DNA of 63,954 nt, filler included, from an uncultured bacterium (GCA_964506785.1; 3 parts of 3 records of this genome joined end to end with filler, not necessarily neighbours in it), one strand, 5' to 3'; shown: positions 47,580 to 58,316, counted from the first letter of the whole stretch. A program made the numbers and translations. The notes: generated from the letters alone by a model not told the origin.

Positions 47580-49151
47580 ATGAAAAATAGGGGAAGGGTT
47601 ATTATTGCCTTACTGATTATCTTAATTCTTTTTGGGCTGGTTTTGCTCATTTTACAGCGAAAAGGCAATTTAAGTTTGTCGTCTCAAATTATCTCTCCGT
47701 TTCAATTGCAAGGAGAGACGCGGCCAAAGCTGCCTGCCGGGGAGGAAAAACTTAAGAAGTTTAAACTCATCAGAGAAGAGGCCAAGCCGGTAATAAGCCC
47801 TGAGGCGCTCTCTTTAGAAGAGTGTTTTATCCGCATCGCTGAGGAGGTTAAACCGGCCGTAGTCAACATCAGCACCGTCCATGTGATTAAAGGGAAAAGA
47901 ATCTTTCGTGGCTTCGAAGACGATTTATTCAAGGATTCGCCCTTCGAAGATTTTTTTAAGGATTTTTTTGAATCTCCCCATCAAGGCGAACGAGACTGGA
48001 AACAAAAAAGTCTGGGTTCCGGGATAATCATCGATAAAAGCGGCTATATCCTCACCAATAATCACGTTATTGCCGGGGCTTCCGAGATAAAGGTTGTTTT
48101 AGCCAAAAATGAAGAGTATGAAGCTAAAGTTATTGGCCGGGATCCTAAAACCGATTTAGCCATAATAAAGATAGAGGCTAAAAAAGATTTACCGGTGGTT
48201 ATTTTAGGAGACTCGGATAATCTGCGGGTTGGCCAATGGGCCATTGCCATTGGTAATCCTTTTGGTTTGGATCGCACCGTTACCGTGGGCGTAATCAGCG
48301 CCACGGGGCGTTCGGAATTAGGCATAACCACCTATGAGAATTTTATCCAGACCGATGCCTCCATTAACCGGGGCAACAGCGGCGGTCCTCTCTTAAACAT
48401 TCACGGTGAGGTAATTGGTGTCAGCACGGCTATTGTTGGTGGTGCCAGCGGCATCGGTTTTGCCATTCCTGTCAATATGGCCAGGGATATTTTAGGCGAT
48501 TTAATTGATAAGGGGAAGGTAGTCAGAGGCTGGCTCGGGGTAATTATTCAGCAAATCACTCCCGAGTTAAAAGAATCTTTCGGCTTAGTTTCCGAAGAGG
48601 GCGCTTTGGTTAGTGATGTTCTCAAGGATAGTCCGGCGGAAAAAGCGGGGATAAAGAGAGGCGATGTTATTGTTGCCTTTGACGGCAAGAAGGTAGGCGA
48701 TGTCCGGGAACTACAGCGCACCGCCGCCAAAGCCGAAGTGAACAAAACTATTCAGCTGGATATCATTCGGGATAAAAAAAATCTTTCCTTGAAGGTAAAG
48801 ATTGGGGAGATGCCCCGGGAATTAGCTCCGGAGGAAGAAAAATCGCTTGAAGAGGCCGAATCCTGGCTGGGCATTAAGGTTCAGGATATCACTCCCGATT
48901 TAGCCCGCCAGCTTAATCTCAAAGATACGCAAGGGGTAATTATTACCCAGGTAGAATTTGACAGTGTCGCTGAACTGGCCGGGCTCAGGGTTCGGGATGT
49001 TATTTTGGAGATTAACGGCCAGAAAATCAAAAATATAAGCGAGTACGAAAAAACCGTAAAGGCCTTAGACAAAGATAAAAATGTTACCCTTTTAATCAAA
49101 CGAGGCACCTACTCCAGCTTTCTGGTAATAAAACCCGAAGGAAAGAGATAA
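47580..49151 (+). CDS. DegP/HtrA (Do) serine protease with two PDZ domains
   Basis: TNNHV, DLA, QTDASINRGNSGGPL; N-terminal TM helix. Confidence 0.95.
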   Translation: MKNRGRVIIALLIILILFGLVLLILQRKGNLSLSSQIISPFQLQGETRPKLPAGEEKLKKFKLIREEAKPVISPEALSLEECFIRIAEEVKPAVVNISTVHVIKGKRIFRGFEDDLFKDSPFEDFFKDFFESPHQGERDWKQKSLGSGIIIDKSGYILTNNHVIAGASEIKVVLAKNEEYEAKVIGRDPKTDLAIIKIEAKKDLPVVILGDSDNLRVGQWAIAIGNPFGLDRTVTVGVISATGRSELGITTYENFIQTDASINRGNSGGPLLNIHGEVIGVSTAIVGGASGIGFAIPVNMARDILGDLIDKGKVVRGWLGVIIQQITPELKESFGLVSEEGALVSDVLKDSPAEKAGIKRGDVIVAFDGKKVGDVRELQRTAAKAEVNKTIQLDIIRDKKNLSLKVKIGEMPRELAPEEEKSLEEAESWLGIKVQDITPDLARQLNLKDTQGVIITQVEFDSVAELAGLRVRDVILEINGQKIKNISEYEKTVKALDKDKNVTLLIKRGTYSSFLVIKPEGKR

Positions 49152-49166
49152 GCGCAATCATATGGT

Positions 49167-51791
49167 ATGGAATCAATTGAAATCAGGCAGACCTTTCTAG
49201 ATTTTTTCAAAAAAAAGAAACACCGGATTTTTGCCAGTGATAACCTTATCCCTTCGGGTGACCCTACCTTACTTTTTACTTCAGCCGGTATGGTTCGCTT
49301 CAAAGGCTGTTTTTTAGGGGCTGAGGAGCTTTCTTTCCGCCGGGCTGCTTCCTGTCAGAAGTGTCTTAGAACCTCCGATATCGACCAGGTTGGGAAAACC
49401 AGCCGACATCTTACTTTTTTCGAGATGTTAGGTAATTTTTCCTTTGGCGATTATTTCAAAGAAGAGGCTATTCTTTGGGCCTGGGAATTTCTCACCCGGC
49501 ATTTAAAAATACCCGAGGCATCTCTCTGGGTCAGTATTTTCCGGGAAGATGATGAAGCCGCCCGGATTTGGGAGCGTAAGGCAGGATTCCCTAAGGAAAG
49601 GATTGTCCGTCTGGGTAAAGAAGATAATTTCTGGTCGATGGGTGAAACCGGCCCCTGCGGGCCGTGTTCGGAGATACTTTTTGACCGGGGAGAAGATAAA
49701 GGCTGCCGGAGGGAAAGTTGCCGGGTCGGCTGCGATTGCGGCCGCTTTTTAGAAATTTGGAATTTAGTTTTTACCCAGTATGACCGTCAAAAAGACGGAA
49801 GTCTTCTTTCCTTACCGCAGAAGAATATTGATACCGGAATGGGTTTGGAAAGGCTGGCCGCTCTCCTTCAAGGCAAAGATTCGAACTTTGAGACCGATTT
49901 AATCGAACCGATAATTGACGAGCTGCACGAGTTTACCGATTTCCGTTATGGAAAAGACAAAATTAAGGATATTTCTTTTCGGATAATTGCCGATCATATC
50001 CGGGCGGTAACTTTTCTAATCAGCGAGGGGATATATTTTTCGAATGTCGGCCGGGGATACATTGCCCGCCGGCTTCTCCGCCGAGCCTCCCGGCACGGCC
50101 GTCTTCTGGGGATAGACGAATCTTTCCTTTATCGTTTATCTGGTGTTGTCGGGGAGATTTTTAAGTCTATTTATCCTGAAGTAAGGCAATTCCGGGAAGA
50201 GCTAAGCGGGATTATTTTAGAAGAGGAGAAACGATTTAACGAAACTTTGAATATCGGCTTAAATGAATTAGGGGAGATTATACGGGAGGTGAAATCGAAA
50301 GGGGAGAAATTCATCGATGGTGAAAGCGTTTTTAAGCTATACGATAGTTTTGGTTTTCCCATGGAGATGACCGAAGAAATTGCCGCCTCATCCGGTTTAA
50401 AGATTGATAAAGAAAAATTCGAATTATCTATGGAAAAGCACAAAAATCTTGCCCGCCGTTCCTGGAAAAAGGGAGCTTTAGACCTTCCGGCGACAATTAC
50501 CGTATCGAAAAAGATTCCCCAGACGGAATTCACCGGCTATAAAAAAACTAAAGATTCGTCTTTAATTAAAGGGATTATTGAAGGGGGGACAAGCGTCCCG
50601 GAGGCGGACGCCGGCAAAACCGGCCGGGATATCGGTGTAATTCTTGATAAAACCCCTTTTTATGCCGAAGCCGGAGGTCAGGTGAATGATACCGGAGATA
50701 TCCGTGGCCTTTCTTTTTTAGTTGAGGTAAAAAAGGTAATAAAAAATGCTCAAGGCCAGGTTATACATTTTGGCAGACTTTTAAGCGGAGAGATTAAAGA
50801 GGGGGATAAGGTTACCGCCCAGGTTGATACGAAAAGGCGGCGGCAGATTACCCACAGCCATACTGCCACTCATCTTTTGCAGGCCGCCCTGAGGACTCTA
50901 ATCGACAAAAACATTCACCAGGCCGGTTCCTGGGTAGAGCCGGACCAGTTCCGTTTTGATTTCAATTATTTTAAAAAGTTAACTCCGGATGAAATTAAAT
51001 CTGTCGAGGATTGGGTCAATCAAAGAATAAAGGAAAAGATTCCCTTAAAGATTATCTGGCAGCGCCGGGATGAAGCCATAAAATCCGGGGCGACGGCTCT
51101 TTTTGGCGAGAAATATAAAGATGAGGTAAGGGTGGTAACTATTCCCGGCTATAGCTCTGAGTTATGCGGAGGGCTGCATGTTAAAAACACCGCGGAGATT
51201 AAAATCTTCAAAATTATAAAAGAGGCATCAGTTGCTTCTGGCATAAGGAGGATTGAGGCAATCATGGGAAAAAATGGATTAGATAGGTTAAGAGAAGAAA
51301 GCCGGCTTTTAAAAGAGGCCGCCAGGAACTTAGGGACGGCCATCGAAGAGGTTCCGAAGGAAGTCAAGCATTTACTTGAGGCAATTAAGGATTTAGAGAA
51401 GGAAAAGAAAAGGAAGTCCGATTCACTTCCGGATTTAGATACCTTGCTTAAAGAAGCCGAAGAAGTAGGCGGCATAAAACTTTTAAGGAAGCGTTTTGAG
51501 GGTTTAAGCCGGAAAAATCTACTTTCGTTAATTGATAATCTGAGAAAAAAGATGGATTCGGGTATCGTCGTTTTACTATCCCGGCATCCGGAGAAAATCG
51601 AGCTGGTAACCAGTGTCAGTATTGATTTAGTTAAAAAGGGTTATAAAGCCGATGAGTTAGCTAAGGGGATATCCAGGATACTGGGTGGCAGCGGCGGCGG
51701 CCGTCCGGATTTAGGCCAGGGCGGCGGCCAGGATTTCAGCCGGATTGAGAAGGCTTTAGGTTATCTCGATAAGGTACTTATCAGCTCATAG
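49167..51791 (+). CDS. alaS: Alanine-tRNA ligase
   Basis: LLFTSAGM, HLTFFEMLGNFSFGDYFK, HTATH, ELCGG.H, GGGR. Confidence 0.98.
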   Translation: MESIEIRQTFLDFFKKKKHRIFASDNLIPSGDPTLLFTSAGMVRFKGCFLGAEELSFRRAASCQKCLRTSDIDQVGKTSRHLTFFEMLGNFSFGDYFKEEAILWAWEFLTRHLKIPEASLWVSIFREDDEAARIWERKAGFPKERIVRLGKEDNFWSMGETGPCGPCSEILFDRGEDKGCRRESCRVGCDCGRFLEIWNLVFTQYDRQKDGSLLSLPQKNIDTGMGLERLAALLQGKDSNFETDLIEPIIDELHEFTDFRYGKDKIKDISFRIIADHIRAVTFLISEGIYFSNVGRGYIARRLLRRASRHGRLLGIDESFLYRLSGVVGEIFKSIYPEVRQFREELSGIILEEEKRFNETLNIGLNELGEIIREVKSKGEKFIDGESVFKLYDSFGFPMEMTEEIAASSGLKIDKEKFELSMEKHKNLARRSWKKGALDLPATITVSKKIPQTEFTGYKKTKDSSLIKGIIEGGTSVPEADAGKTGRDIGVILDKTPFYAEAGGQVNDTGDIRGLSFLVEVKKVIKNAQGQVIHFGRLLSGEIKEGDKVTAQVDTKRRRQITHSHTATHLLQAALRTLIDKNIHQAGSWVEPDQFRFDFNYFKKLTPDEIKSVEDWVNQRIKEKIPLKIIWQRRDEAIKSGATALFGEKYKDEVRVVTIPGYSSELCGGLHVKNTAEIKIFKIIKEASVASGIRRIEAIMGKNGLDRLREESRLLKEAARNLGTAIEEVPKEVKHLLEAIKDLEKEKKRKSDSLPDLDTLLKEAEEVGGIKLLRKRFEGLSRKNLLSLIDNLRKKMDSGIVVLLSRHPEKIELVTSVSIDLVKKGYKADELAKGISRILGGSGGGRPDLGQGGGQDFSRIEKALGYLDKVLISS

Positions 51792-51832
51792 CTTTGGGCT
51801 GGTGGTTTCTGGTTGATGGCTAATGATTGATG
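51789..51832 (+). repeat. Heptamer (TGGyTnn) tandem array starting at the alaS stop codon
   Basis: TAGCTTT GGGCTGG TGGTTTC TGGTTGA TGGCTAA TGATTGA; resembles the reverse complement of 43610-43640. Confidence 0.55.
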
Positions 51833-51883
51833 TACATCATTTGCCAAAACCCTCCTGTCCTCTATGGTTGAACAAGGAGAAAA

Positions 51884-52303
51884 ATGAAAATAATTGCTTT
51901 AGATTGGGGAGAAAAAAGAATCGGGGTAGCAATTAGTGACGATCTGGGTAAAATTGCCCGGGGATTGACCGTTATTGACGATGCTGATTATGCCAGCCGT
52001 TTAAGAAAGATGGGAACGATTATAGAAGACTATCAGGTTAAAGAGATGGTTATAGGCCTGCCTTTTAGGTTAGCGGGGAACCGAGGCGAAGAAGCTAATC
52101 AGATAGAGCGTTTGGCCGAAAAATTAAAGGACGAGTTTCAAATACCCGTTCATCTTCAGGATGAAAGGCTTTCGACCAAAGAAGTGGAGCGGTTGCTTGT
52201 TTCTTTTGACCTTTCCCGCGGGAAGCGCAAAAAAATCCGGGATAAATTAGCCGCCCAGATAATCCTTCAGACTTTTCTGGATAAGAAAAATGTCCATAAA
52301 TAA
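51884..52303 (+). CDS. ruvX: YqgF/RuvX pre-16S rRNA nuclease
   Basis: ALDWGEKRIGVAISD, VIGLP, DERLST, DKLAAQIILQ. Confidence 0.95.
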   Translation: MKIIALDWGEKRIGVAISDDLGKIARGLTVIDDADYASRLRKMGTIIEDYQVKEMVIGLPFRLAGNRGEEANQIERLAEKLKDEFQIPVHLQDERLSTKEVERLLVSFDLSRGKRKKIRDKLAAQIILQTFLDKKNVHK

Positions 52304-53345
52304 AAGGTCACTTTTTATTATTCTGATTATTTTATCAGCCTTCTGGGTTCATTTTTGGTGGTTCTGTCTGCATCCTGTTTCTCGTTCAGGCCGCAATGGG
52401 GAGGTTGTTTACATTCGCTCGGGCCTTTCTAGCGGTAAAATCGCCGGTTTTCTAAAGGGGAAAGGCCTCATTAAGAATAAGTTTTATTTTCTCCTTATTG
52501 CCAAAATCTTTGATGTTGATAAAGGGCTGAAATCCGGTGAATATCTTTTTAATAAAAATATGAGCACTTTAAATATTCTTCATCGCCTTAAAAACGGCAT
52601 GGTTTTGACCCATCCCGTAGTTATTCCCGAAGGTTATAATATTTATCAGGTCGCCCGGGTCTTGGAACAGAAAGGCATCCTTTCAAGTTTTTCTCTCTTA
52701 AAGGTTTGTAACGACAAAGAATTATGCCGCCGGCTCAATATTGAAGCCGACAGTGTCGAAGGATATCTTTTCCCCGACACCTATTTCCTGGCTAAGGATA
52801 TGAACCCAGAGCAGATTATCATGCTTATGGTTAATCGTTTTTATGAAGTTTTGCCCGAAGATGCTGAAACCCTGGCCAAGGCGAGGAATATGTCTTTACA
52901 TGAAATAGTTATCCTTGCTTCTTTGATTGAAAAGGAAACCTCCGATAGAAAAGAAATGCCGCTCATTGCCGCGGTCTTTTATAACCGCTTGCGCAAGGGT
53001 ATGCCTCTCCAGTGCGACCCCTCTGTTCTTTATGCCATCGGTGAAGTAAGCAAGCGGCTGACTAAGAAAGACCTGCAGATTGATTCCCCATATAACACTT
53101 ATCTTAATCGGGGCCTTCCTCCCGGCCCGATTGCCAACCCCGGGTTAAAGGCGGTTAAAGCCGCTTTAAACCCGAGCGAGTTGGATTATCTCTATTTTGT
53201 TTCCCAAAATAACGGCACCCACTATTTTTCCAAAAGTTTACCTGAACACAATTATGCCGTTTTGAAATATCAAATTAGGGGCGAAAAACCGCCGATTCCG
53301 GATTCCAAAGAGATTCCGCCAGCAGGTGAAGAAGCGACAAATTAA
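52290..53345 (+). CDS. mltG: Endolytic transglycosylase MltG
   Basis: IPEG, EGYLFPDTY, LASLIEKE, SPYNTY...GLPPGPI.NPG. Confidence 0.96.
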   Translation: MSINKRSLFIILIILSAFWVHFWWFCLHPVSRSGRNGEVVYIRSGLSSGKIAGFLKGKGLIKNKFYFLLIAKIFDVDKGLKSGEYLFNKNMSTLNILHRLKNGMVLTHPVVIPEGYNIYQVARVLEQKGILSSFSLLKVCNDKELCRRLNIEADSVEGYLFPDTYFLAKDMNPEQIIMLMVNRFYEVLPEDAETLAKARNMSLHEIVILASLIEKETSDRKEMPLIAAVFYNRLRKGMPLQCDPSVLYAIGEVSKRLTKKDLQIDSPYNTYLNRGLPPGPIANPGLKAVKAALNPSELDYLYFVSQNNGTHYFSKSLPEHNYAVLKYQIRGEKPPIPDSKEIPPAGEEATN

Positions 53346-53379
53346 AATTTTACCCGTTTATTTGTAACAGGAGGTTATT

Positions 53380-53601
53380 ATGGCAAAAGTGGAAGTGGAG
53401 CTTATCTTTCCCAAAGAATTAAAGAACCACCCGGTAATTTACCAAATGGTCAAAGACTTCGATATTATCCCTACCATAATCGAAGCCTCATTTTCTACTG
53501 ATATGGGTTGGGCTTATTTAATTCTTGAGGGGAAAGAAAAGGAGTTGGAGAGATTATTTGAGTATTTGAAGTCTAAAAGGGTAACCATTAACAAGAAATA
53601 A
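53380..53601 (+). CDS. Stand-alone NIL domain protein
   Basis: LIFP......PVIYQMVKDFDI.PTI.EA.....GW..L.LEG; GGAGG RBS. Confidence 0.8.
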   Translation: MAKVEVELIFPKELKNHPVIYQMVKDFDIIPTIIEASFSTDMGWAYLILEGKEKELERLFEYLKSKRVTINKK

Positions 53602-53808
53602 TTGCTCATTACTAAGTTAGCCGACCTATTATAAACGGCTGGTATATCTCCCGGGTTTTACTTTCCCATTACTTATATTCAAAAGACATTTTTAAGAGCG
53701 GAATTACCTCCAGATACAAAAGCCGGATTATTCAATCTATTACTCCCATATGAGAGGATGCTATAAAAAAGCGGGGAAGGCTACAGAAATTTTTATGGCC
53801 ATATTGAA

Positions 53809-54829
53809 ATGAGTAAACGCGCTTATTTATATCCTATATTAGCTTTATCGATTATTTTTTTTGCTTTAGCCTCTAATTATTTTTGGCTTAAAGGAGATGA
53901 TTCTATTTGCGGAATGGGTTCAATCCTTATCCTTCGTTCTTCCATTGAATTTTTTTATGATTTTTCGGATATTTTTAAAGAAAATACGACGTCGATATGG
54001 ACAAAGCTAAAAGAGGTTATTGGTCTATCAGGCCGGCCGGTAAGGCATAGCAGTCTTTATTGGCCAAACGGGCTCAATTTAGGCGCTTCGATATTTTACT
54101 TTTTTCTCGGAAACTCCCTTCTTTCGGCGAAGTTAAGTTTACTTCCTTACCTTTTTATTCTTCTTTTTTCCACTTATTTGATTGGCCGGTTAATCTATTC
54201 GGATTTTGTCGGGATTCTGGCTTTATTTTTTCTTTTTAGTTATCCTCTTATTTTTCAAAGCTCCCGGCAGTTTCAATTGGATTTTCCTTTAACGGCGATG
54301 GTAAGTTTGAATATATTACTGCTTTTAAAATGCGATAATTTCAAAAATAGGCTCTATAGTTTTTTATTCGGGCTTGCTTTAGGCTGGGCAATGTTGATAA
54401 AGGGGCAGGTGATGCTATTCATTATCTGGCCGCTTTTTTTTGTTTTGTATCGGACATTTGCTAATTCGCGGAAGGGGATTTGGAATTCTCATTCGAGGCA
54501 ACTGAAGAATATAGTTATTTTTGCCATAACAGCCGGTTTGCTTGCTTCAATTTGGTGGAAGTCTCAGACAAGTTTTCTAATAAGGGGATTAAAAAATCAT
54601 ATTTTTGTTTTTCAGGGAGTGATGGCACCATTTTGCCCATTCACTTCAAAATACTCTTTTGAGAGTATATTCTTTTATTTCAAAAGTTTTTATTTTTCCT
54701 TAAGTTATCCTTTGTTCGGGACATTTTTAATTTCTTTTTTATTTTTTCTAAGGGAGAAAGGAAAATATAGAGGTATACTTTTTAGCTGGTTGGTTTTCCC
54801 TTTTTTAGTCTTTAGTTTGGCATTTATTG
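53809..54829 (+). CDS. GT-C membrane glycosyltransferase (ArnT/PMT_2-like), 3' truncated by the contig end
   Basis: Many TM helices; SRQFQLDFPLTAM, GWAMLIK. Confidence 0.75.
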
Positions 54830-54929
54830 NNNNNNNNNNNNNNNNNNNNNNNNNNNNNNNNNNNNNNNNNNNNTTAATTAATTAANNNNNNNNNNNNNNN
54901 NNNNNNNNNNNNNNNNNNNNNNNNNNNNN
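54830..54929. other. Artificial contig-joining spacer
   Basis: N44-TTAATTAATTAA-N44. Confidence 0.97.
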
Positions 54930-54930
54930 A

Positions 54931-55653
54931 ACCAGGAAATCACTCAGGCAGGCCCAGGTGATTTTACATAATTCTGGTTTAGAGATTGGAAATGTAACTA
55001 AGGTTTTTTCCAGCCAGGAGATGAAAGGCCTGGTTTTTAATCAGGATCCGCTGCCTAATGCAGAGGTTAAGAGGTACAGCCAGGTAAATCTTTTAGTCAG
55101 TAAAGGGCCGCGTTATCCTAATCTAATCATGCCGGATTTGATTGGATTGAAGATGGATTTGGTAAATCGGATGCTGGACGATATCGGATTGAATATTGAA
55201 GATATTGTTACCCAAAAGAGTGATATAGCCGAAGGAACGGTTTTAATGCAAAAGCCGCTACCCGGGTCAGCAGTAAGTTTTGGCGATAAAATTAGTCTGG
55301 TGATTAGCGGGGAGGAAGGGATACTTGCTTTTCAATCCGGCCTGAGTTATAAGGTGCTAAAGTATAAAGTGCCGCGCGGTTTTTTTCGCAAAAAAGTTAA
55401 AATTGTTCTTGATGACGAAGCCGGCTTCCGGGAAATCTACAATCGTATTATGCGGCCTAATGCTGATTTAATCTTGACTTTCGGCATCCAGGGGAAAGCC
55501 AGGGTGCAAATATTTGTTGATGACCGCCTGCAGGAAGAAAGGCTTTTTGAGGCAGATGAAGAAGCGAAAGCAGGGATAAAAGAAGCTGCTCCCCAAAAGG
55601 AAATTTTTGACCTGGAGATAAACGAAAGAGAGGAGGAAGTTTACGGTGATTAA
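54931..55653 (+). CDS. PASTA-repeat protein, 5' truncated
   Basis: Frame is open from the contig start; VFNQDP.P...VNLLVSKG, MPDLIG, VLMQKP.PG. Confidence 0.85.
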   Translation, partial: TRKSLRQAQVILHNSGLEIGNVTKVFSSQEMKGLVFNQDPLPNAEVKRYSQVNLLVSKGPRYPNLIMPDLIGLKMDLVNRMLDDIGLNIEDIVTQKSDIAEGTVLMQKPLPGSAVSFGDKISLVISGEEGILAFQSGLSYKVLKYKVPRGFFRKKVKIVLDDEAGFREIYNRIMRPNADLILTFGIQGKARVQIFVDDRLQEERLFEADEEAKAGIKEAAPQKEIFDLEINEREEEVYGD

Positions 55654-56293
55654 AGTTGCCCCTTCAATCTTATCGGCTGATTTTAGCAATTTGCTTAATG
55701 AAGTTAAGAAAGTGGAGGCGGCTGGAGCAGATTTTCTTCATCTGGATATTATGGATGGCCATTTTGTTCCTAACTTGACCTTTGGCCCGGTGGTTCTCAA
55801 ATCTCTTTTAGGAAAGACTGATTTGGGATTTGACGTTCATTTAATGGTAAATAATCCCCGGAAATTCATTGATTATTTCCTTCCGCTTAGACCTTCCTAT
55901 ATTACCTTTCATGTAGAAGCGGAGAAAGATATAGATAGGGTAATTTCTCAAATAAAGAAGTTGGGAATAAAGGCCGGTTTATCGATTAATCCGGGCACTC
56001 CAGTAGATTCATTATTTAAATATCTGGAGAAGATAAATCTGGTTTTAATAATGACGGTTAACCCAGGCTTTGCCGGGCAGAAGTTTATGCCCGAAATTTT
56101 ACCTAAGATAAAGGAGTTAAGGAAAGAGATTGAATCAAGAAAACTAAATCTTGACATTGAAGTTGATGGAGGGATAGATAGCAATAACGTCAGGCTGGTT
56201 AAAGAGGCCGGGGCCAATATAATCGTTGCCGGCTCGGCAATTTTTGGTTCAAGCGATATTGCTTCGACGATTGCTACCTTGAAAGCGAAATGA
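55646..56293 (+). CDS. rpe: Ribulose-phosphate 3-epimerase
   Basis: APSILSADF, HLDIMDGHFVPN, MTVNPGFAGQ, EVDGGI. Confidence 0.98.
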   Translation: MIKVAPSILSADFSNLLNEVKKVEAAGADFLHLDIMDGHFVPNLTFGPVVLKSLLGKTDLGFDVHLMVNNPRKFIDYFLPLRPSYITFHVEAEKDIDRVISQIKKLGIKAGLSINPGTPVDSLFKYLEKINLVLIMTVNPGFAGQKFMPEILPKIKELRKEIESRKLNLDIEVDGGIDSNNVRLVKEAGANIIVAGSAIFGSSDIASTIATLKAK

Positions 56294-57606
56294 GACAACT
56301 AAAATACCGCGAAAACAAAAAAGATGTTGAAATTCTTCTATCTCCTAAGAGACTGGCCGGTGCTTTCTTTGACGAGACGGCACAGAAGGCAGCAGAAATC
56401 TGCAGCCAAGTATTTAAAGAGGGAATAAAGGCGGTTCTTGCTTATACCAGAGAGTTTGATGGAGTAAGCTTAAATAAAGGAGATGTACTGGTTAAAAAAG
56501 ATGATATTAAATCTGCCTACCGGATGCTTGATAAGAATTTTATTAATGCTTTAAAGATGGCTATCCAGAATATTGAGAGGTTTCATCGCCGCCAGAGGTT
56601 TCGCAAAAAAGATTGGTATAAGAAAAAGAAAGGGAGCCTTTTGGGTGAAAAATATACTTCCCTGGAACGGGTAGGAATTTATATCCCGGGCGGACGGGCG
56701 CCGTTATTTTCTACTGTCCTGATGCTGGGGGTTCCGGCCAGATTGGCCCGGGTGGGCGAGGTGCTTATGGTTACTCCTCCCCGAAAAGATGGGACAATTG
56801 ATCCTCATCTGTTAGCCGCGGCCGATTTAGTCGGGATAGCAAAAATCTATAAAATGGGCGGGGCACAGGCTATTGCCGCTTTGGCTGCAGGGACAGAGGT
56901 GAACCCAGCCGTCGATAAAATTGTCGGCCCGGGGAATATCTATGTCACTGCTGCCAAGAGACTGGTTTCCGGATTTGTCGGCATAGATTTTGAAGCTGGC
57001 CCCAGTGAGGTAATGATTGTAGCTGAAGAAGATTCAGAGGCGGCTTTTATTGCCGCTGATTTATTAGCCCAGGCCGAACACGACCTCTTAGCCAGTTGTA
57101 TTCTTATTACCGATTCGCCAAAATTAGTTAATAAGGTCGAAGAAGAGATTTCTCAACAGTTGAAATATTTCTCTCTCAGGGAGAATATCAAGAAAGCCTT
57201 GGAAAATGAATCCTCCGGGATTATTCTGGTTAAAAATGTAGCTGAGGCAATCGAGCTGGTTAACCAGAAGGCCCCGGAACATTTAGAACTTTTTGTAAAG
57301 GATGCCCAGAGGTGGCTTAAAAGAATAAAGAATGCCGGGGCAATTTTTCTTGGCGTTTATTCACCGGCGGCCTTAGGCGATTACTGGGCCGGGCCTAATC
57401 ATGTTCTGCCTACAGCCGGTGCGGCCAGATTCTCGTCGCCGTTTTCTGTTGACCAGTTTTTGAAGAAATCTAGCGTCATTTTCTATAATCGAGAGAAGTT
57501 AGAGAAGGATTCAGCAGAGATTATCAGGCTTATTCAAGCAGAGGGCTTGGAAGCCCATAAGGCGTCTATAAAGGTAAGGTTTAAAGGGAAAAAGTTTAGC
57601 AATTAA
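56290..57606 (+). CDS. hisD: Histidinol dehydrogenase
   Basis: GIYIPGG, IVGPGNIYV, AGPSE, QAEHD, APEHLE, GPNHVLPT. Confidence 0.97.
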   Translation: MRQLKYRENKKDVEILLSPKRLAGAFFDETAQKAAEICSQVFKEGIKAVLAYTREFDGVSLNKGDVLVKKDDIKSAYRMLDKNFINALKMAIQNIERFHRRQRFRKKDWYKKKKGSLLGEKYTSLERVGIYIPGGRAPLFSTVLMLGVPARLARVGEVLMVTPPRKDGTIDPHLLAAADLVGIAKIYKMGGAQAIAALAAGTEVNPAVDKIVGPGNIYVTAAKRLVSGFVGIDFEAGPSEVMIVAEEDSEAAFIAADLLAQAEHDLLASCILITDSPKLVNKVEEEISQQLKYFSLRENIKKALENESSGIILVKNVAEAIELVNQKAPEHLELFVKDAQRWLKRIKNAGAIFLGVYSPAALGDYWAGPNHVLPTAGAARFSSPFSVDQFLKKSSVIFYNREKLEKDSAEIIRLIQAEGLEAHKASIKVRFKGKKFSN

Positions 57607-57614
57607 AGGAGATT

Positions 57615-57706
57615 AAAATAGGATATCAGGGTATCAGGCGAGTAAGCTTAAATTATAGGATATCGGATATCCTATAAGTGGCTATTGGGCGAGCAAGATA
57701 CCAAGA
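57615..57706. repeat. 8-mer (ATATCAGG-type) repeats plus a perfect 25-bp palindrome between hisD and hisB
   Basis: ATATCAGG GTATCAGG; TTATAGGATATC-G-GATATCCTATAA at 57653-57677. Confidence 0.75.
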
Positions 57707-57731
57707 TAAAATTAAAAAGGGAGAGGCGGAA

Positions 57732-58316
57732 ATGAGAAAGGCAATCATAAAGAGAAAAACTAAAGAGACAAAGATTGAATTGAAATTGAATTTGGACGGA
57801 CAGGGTAGAAACAAAATAAAATCAGGCATACCTTTTTTTGACCACATGCTTACCCTTTTCAGCCAGCACAGTTTAATTGATTTGGAGATTGTTGCCAAGG
57901 GGGATCTTAAAGTCGATTATCACCACACCATTGAAGATATTGGCCTTTGTTTGGGTGAAGGACTTAAAAAAGCCCTGGGGACTAAACGGGGAATAAACCG
58001 CTACGGCTCAAAAATATTACCGATGGACGAGTCTCTTATCTCAATAAGTCTAGATATAAGCAATCGGCCGCTTCTGGTTTTTAATGTTCCTCTAAAGAAA
58101 AAACAAACCAAAGGTTTTGATATCGATTTAATCGAGGAGTTTCTTCAAGCTCTGGTCAGCCGGGCAGGCATTACCCTGCATGTCAATTTAGTCTATGGGC
58201 GGAACTCGCATCACATAATCGAGTCAATTTTTAAAACCCTGGCTAAGGCTTTAGCCGAGGCCATAAGTTTGAATAAAAGGGTAAAAGGTGTTCCTTCTAC
58301 TAAAGGGAAACTATAA
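57732..58316 (+). CDS. hisB: Imidazoleglycerol-phosphate dehydratase
   Basis: RKTKETKI, FFDHML, HHTIED, PMDE, NSHHIIE, PSTKG; RBS before ATG 57732. Confidence 0.96.
   Translation: MRKAIIKRKTKETKIELKLNLDGQGRNKIKSGIPFFDHMLTLFSQHSLIDLEIVAKGDLKVDYHHTIEDIGLCLGEGLKKALGTKRGINRYGSKILPMDESLISISLDISNRPLLVFNVPLKKKQTKGFDIDLIEEFLQALVSRAGITLHVNLVYGRNSHHIIESIFKTLAKALAEAISLNKRVKGVPSTKGKL

Noticed and set aside
50581-50630. GC-rich mini-hairpins in alaS (GGGAC/GTCCC, GCGTCC/GGACGC, GCCGG/CCGGC) as a second in-frame insertion
   Set aside because: Protein length here is about normal for AlaRS and the hisA-type terminal repeats are absent
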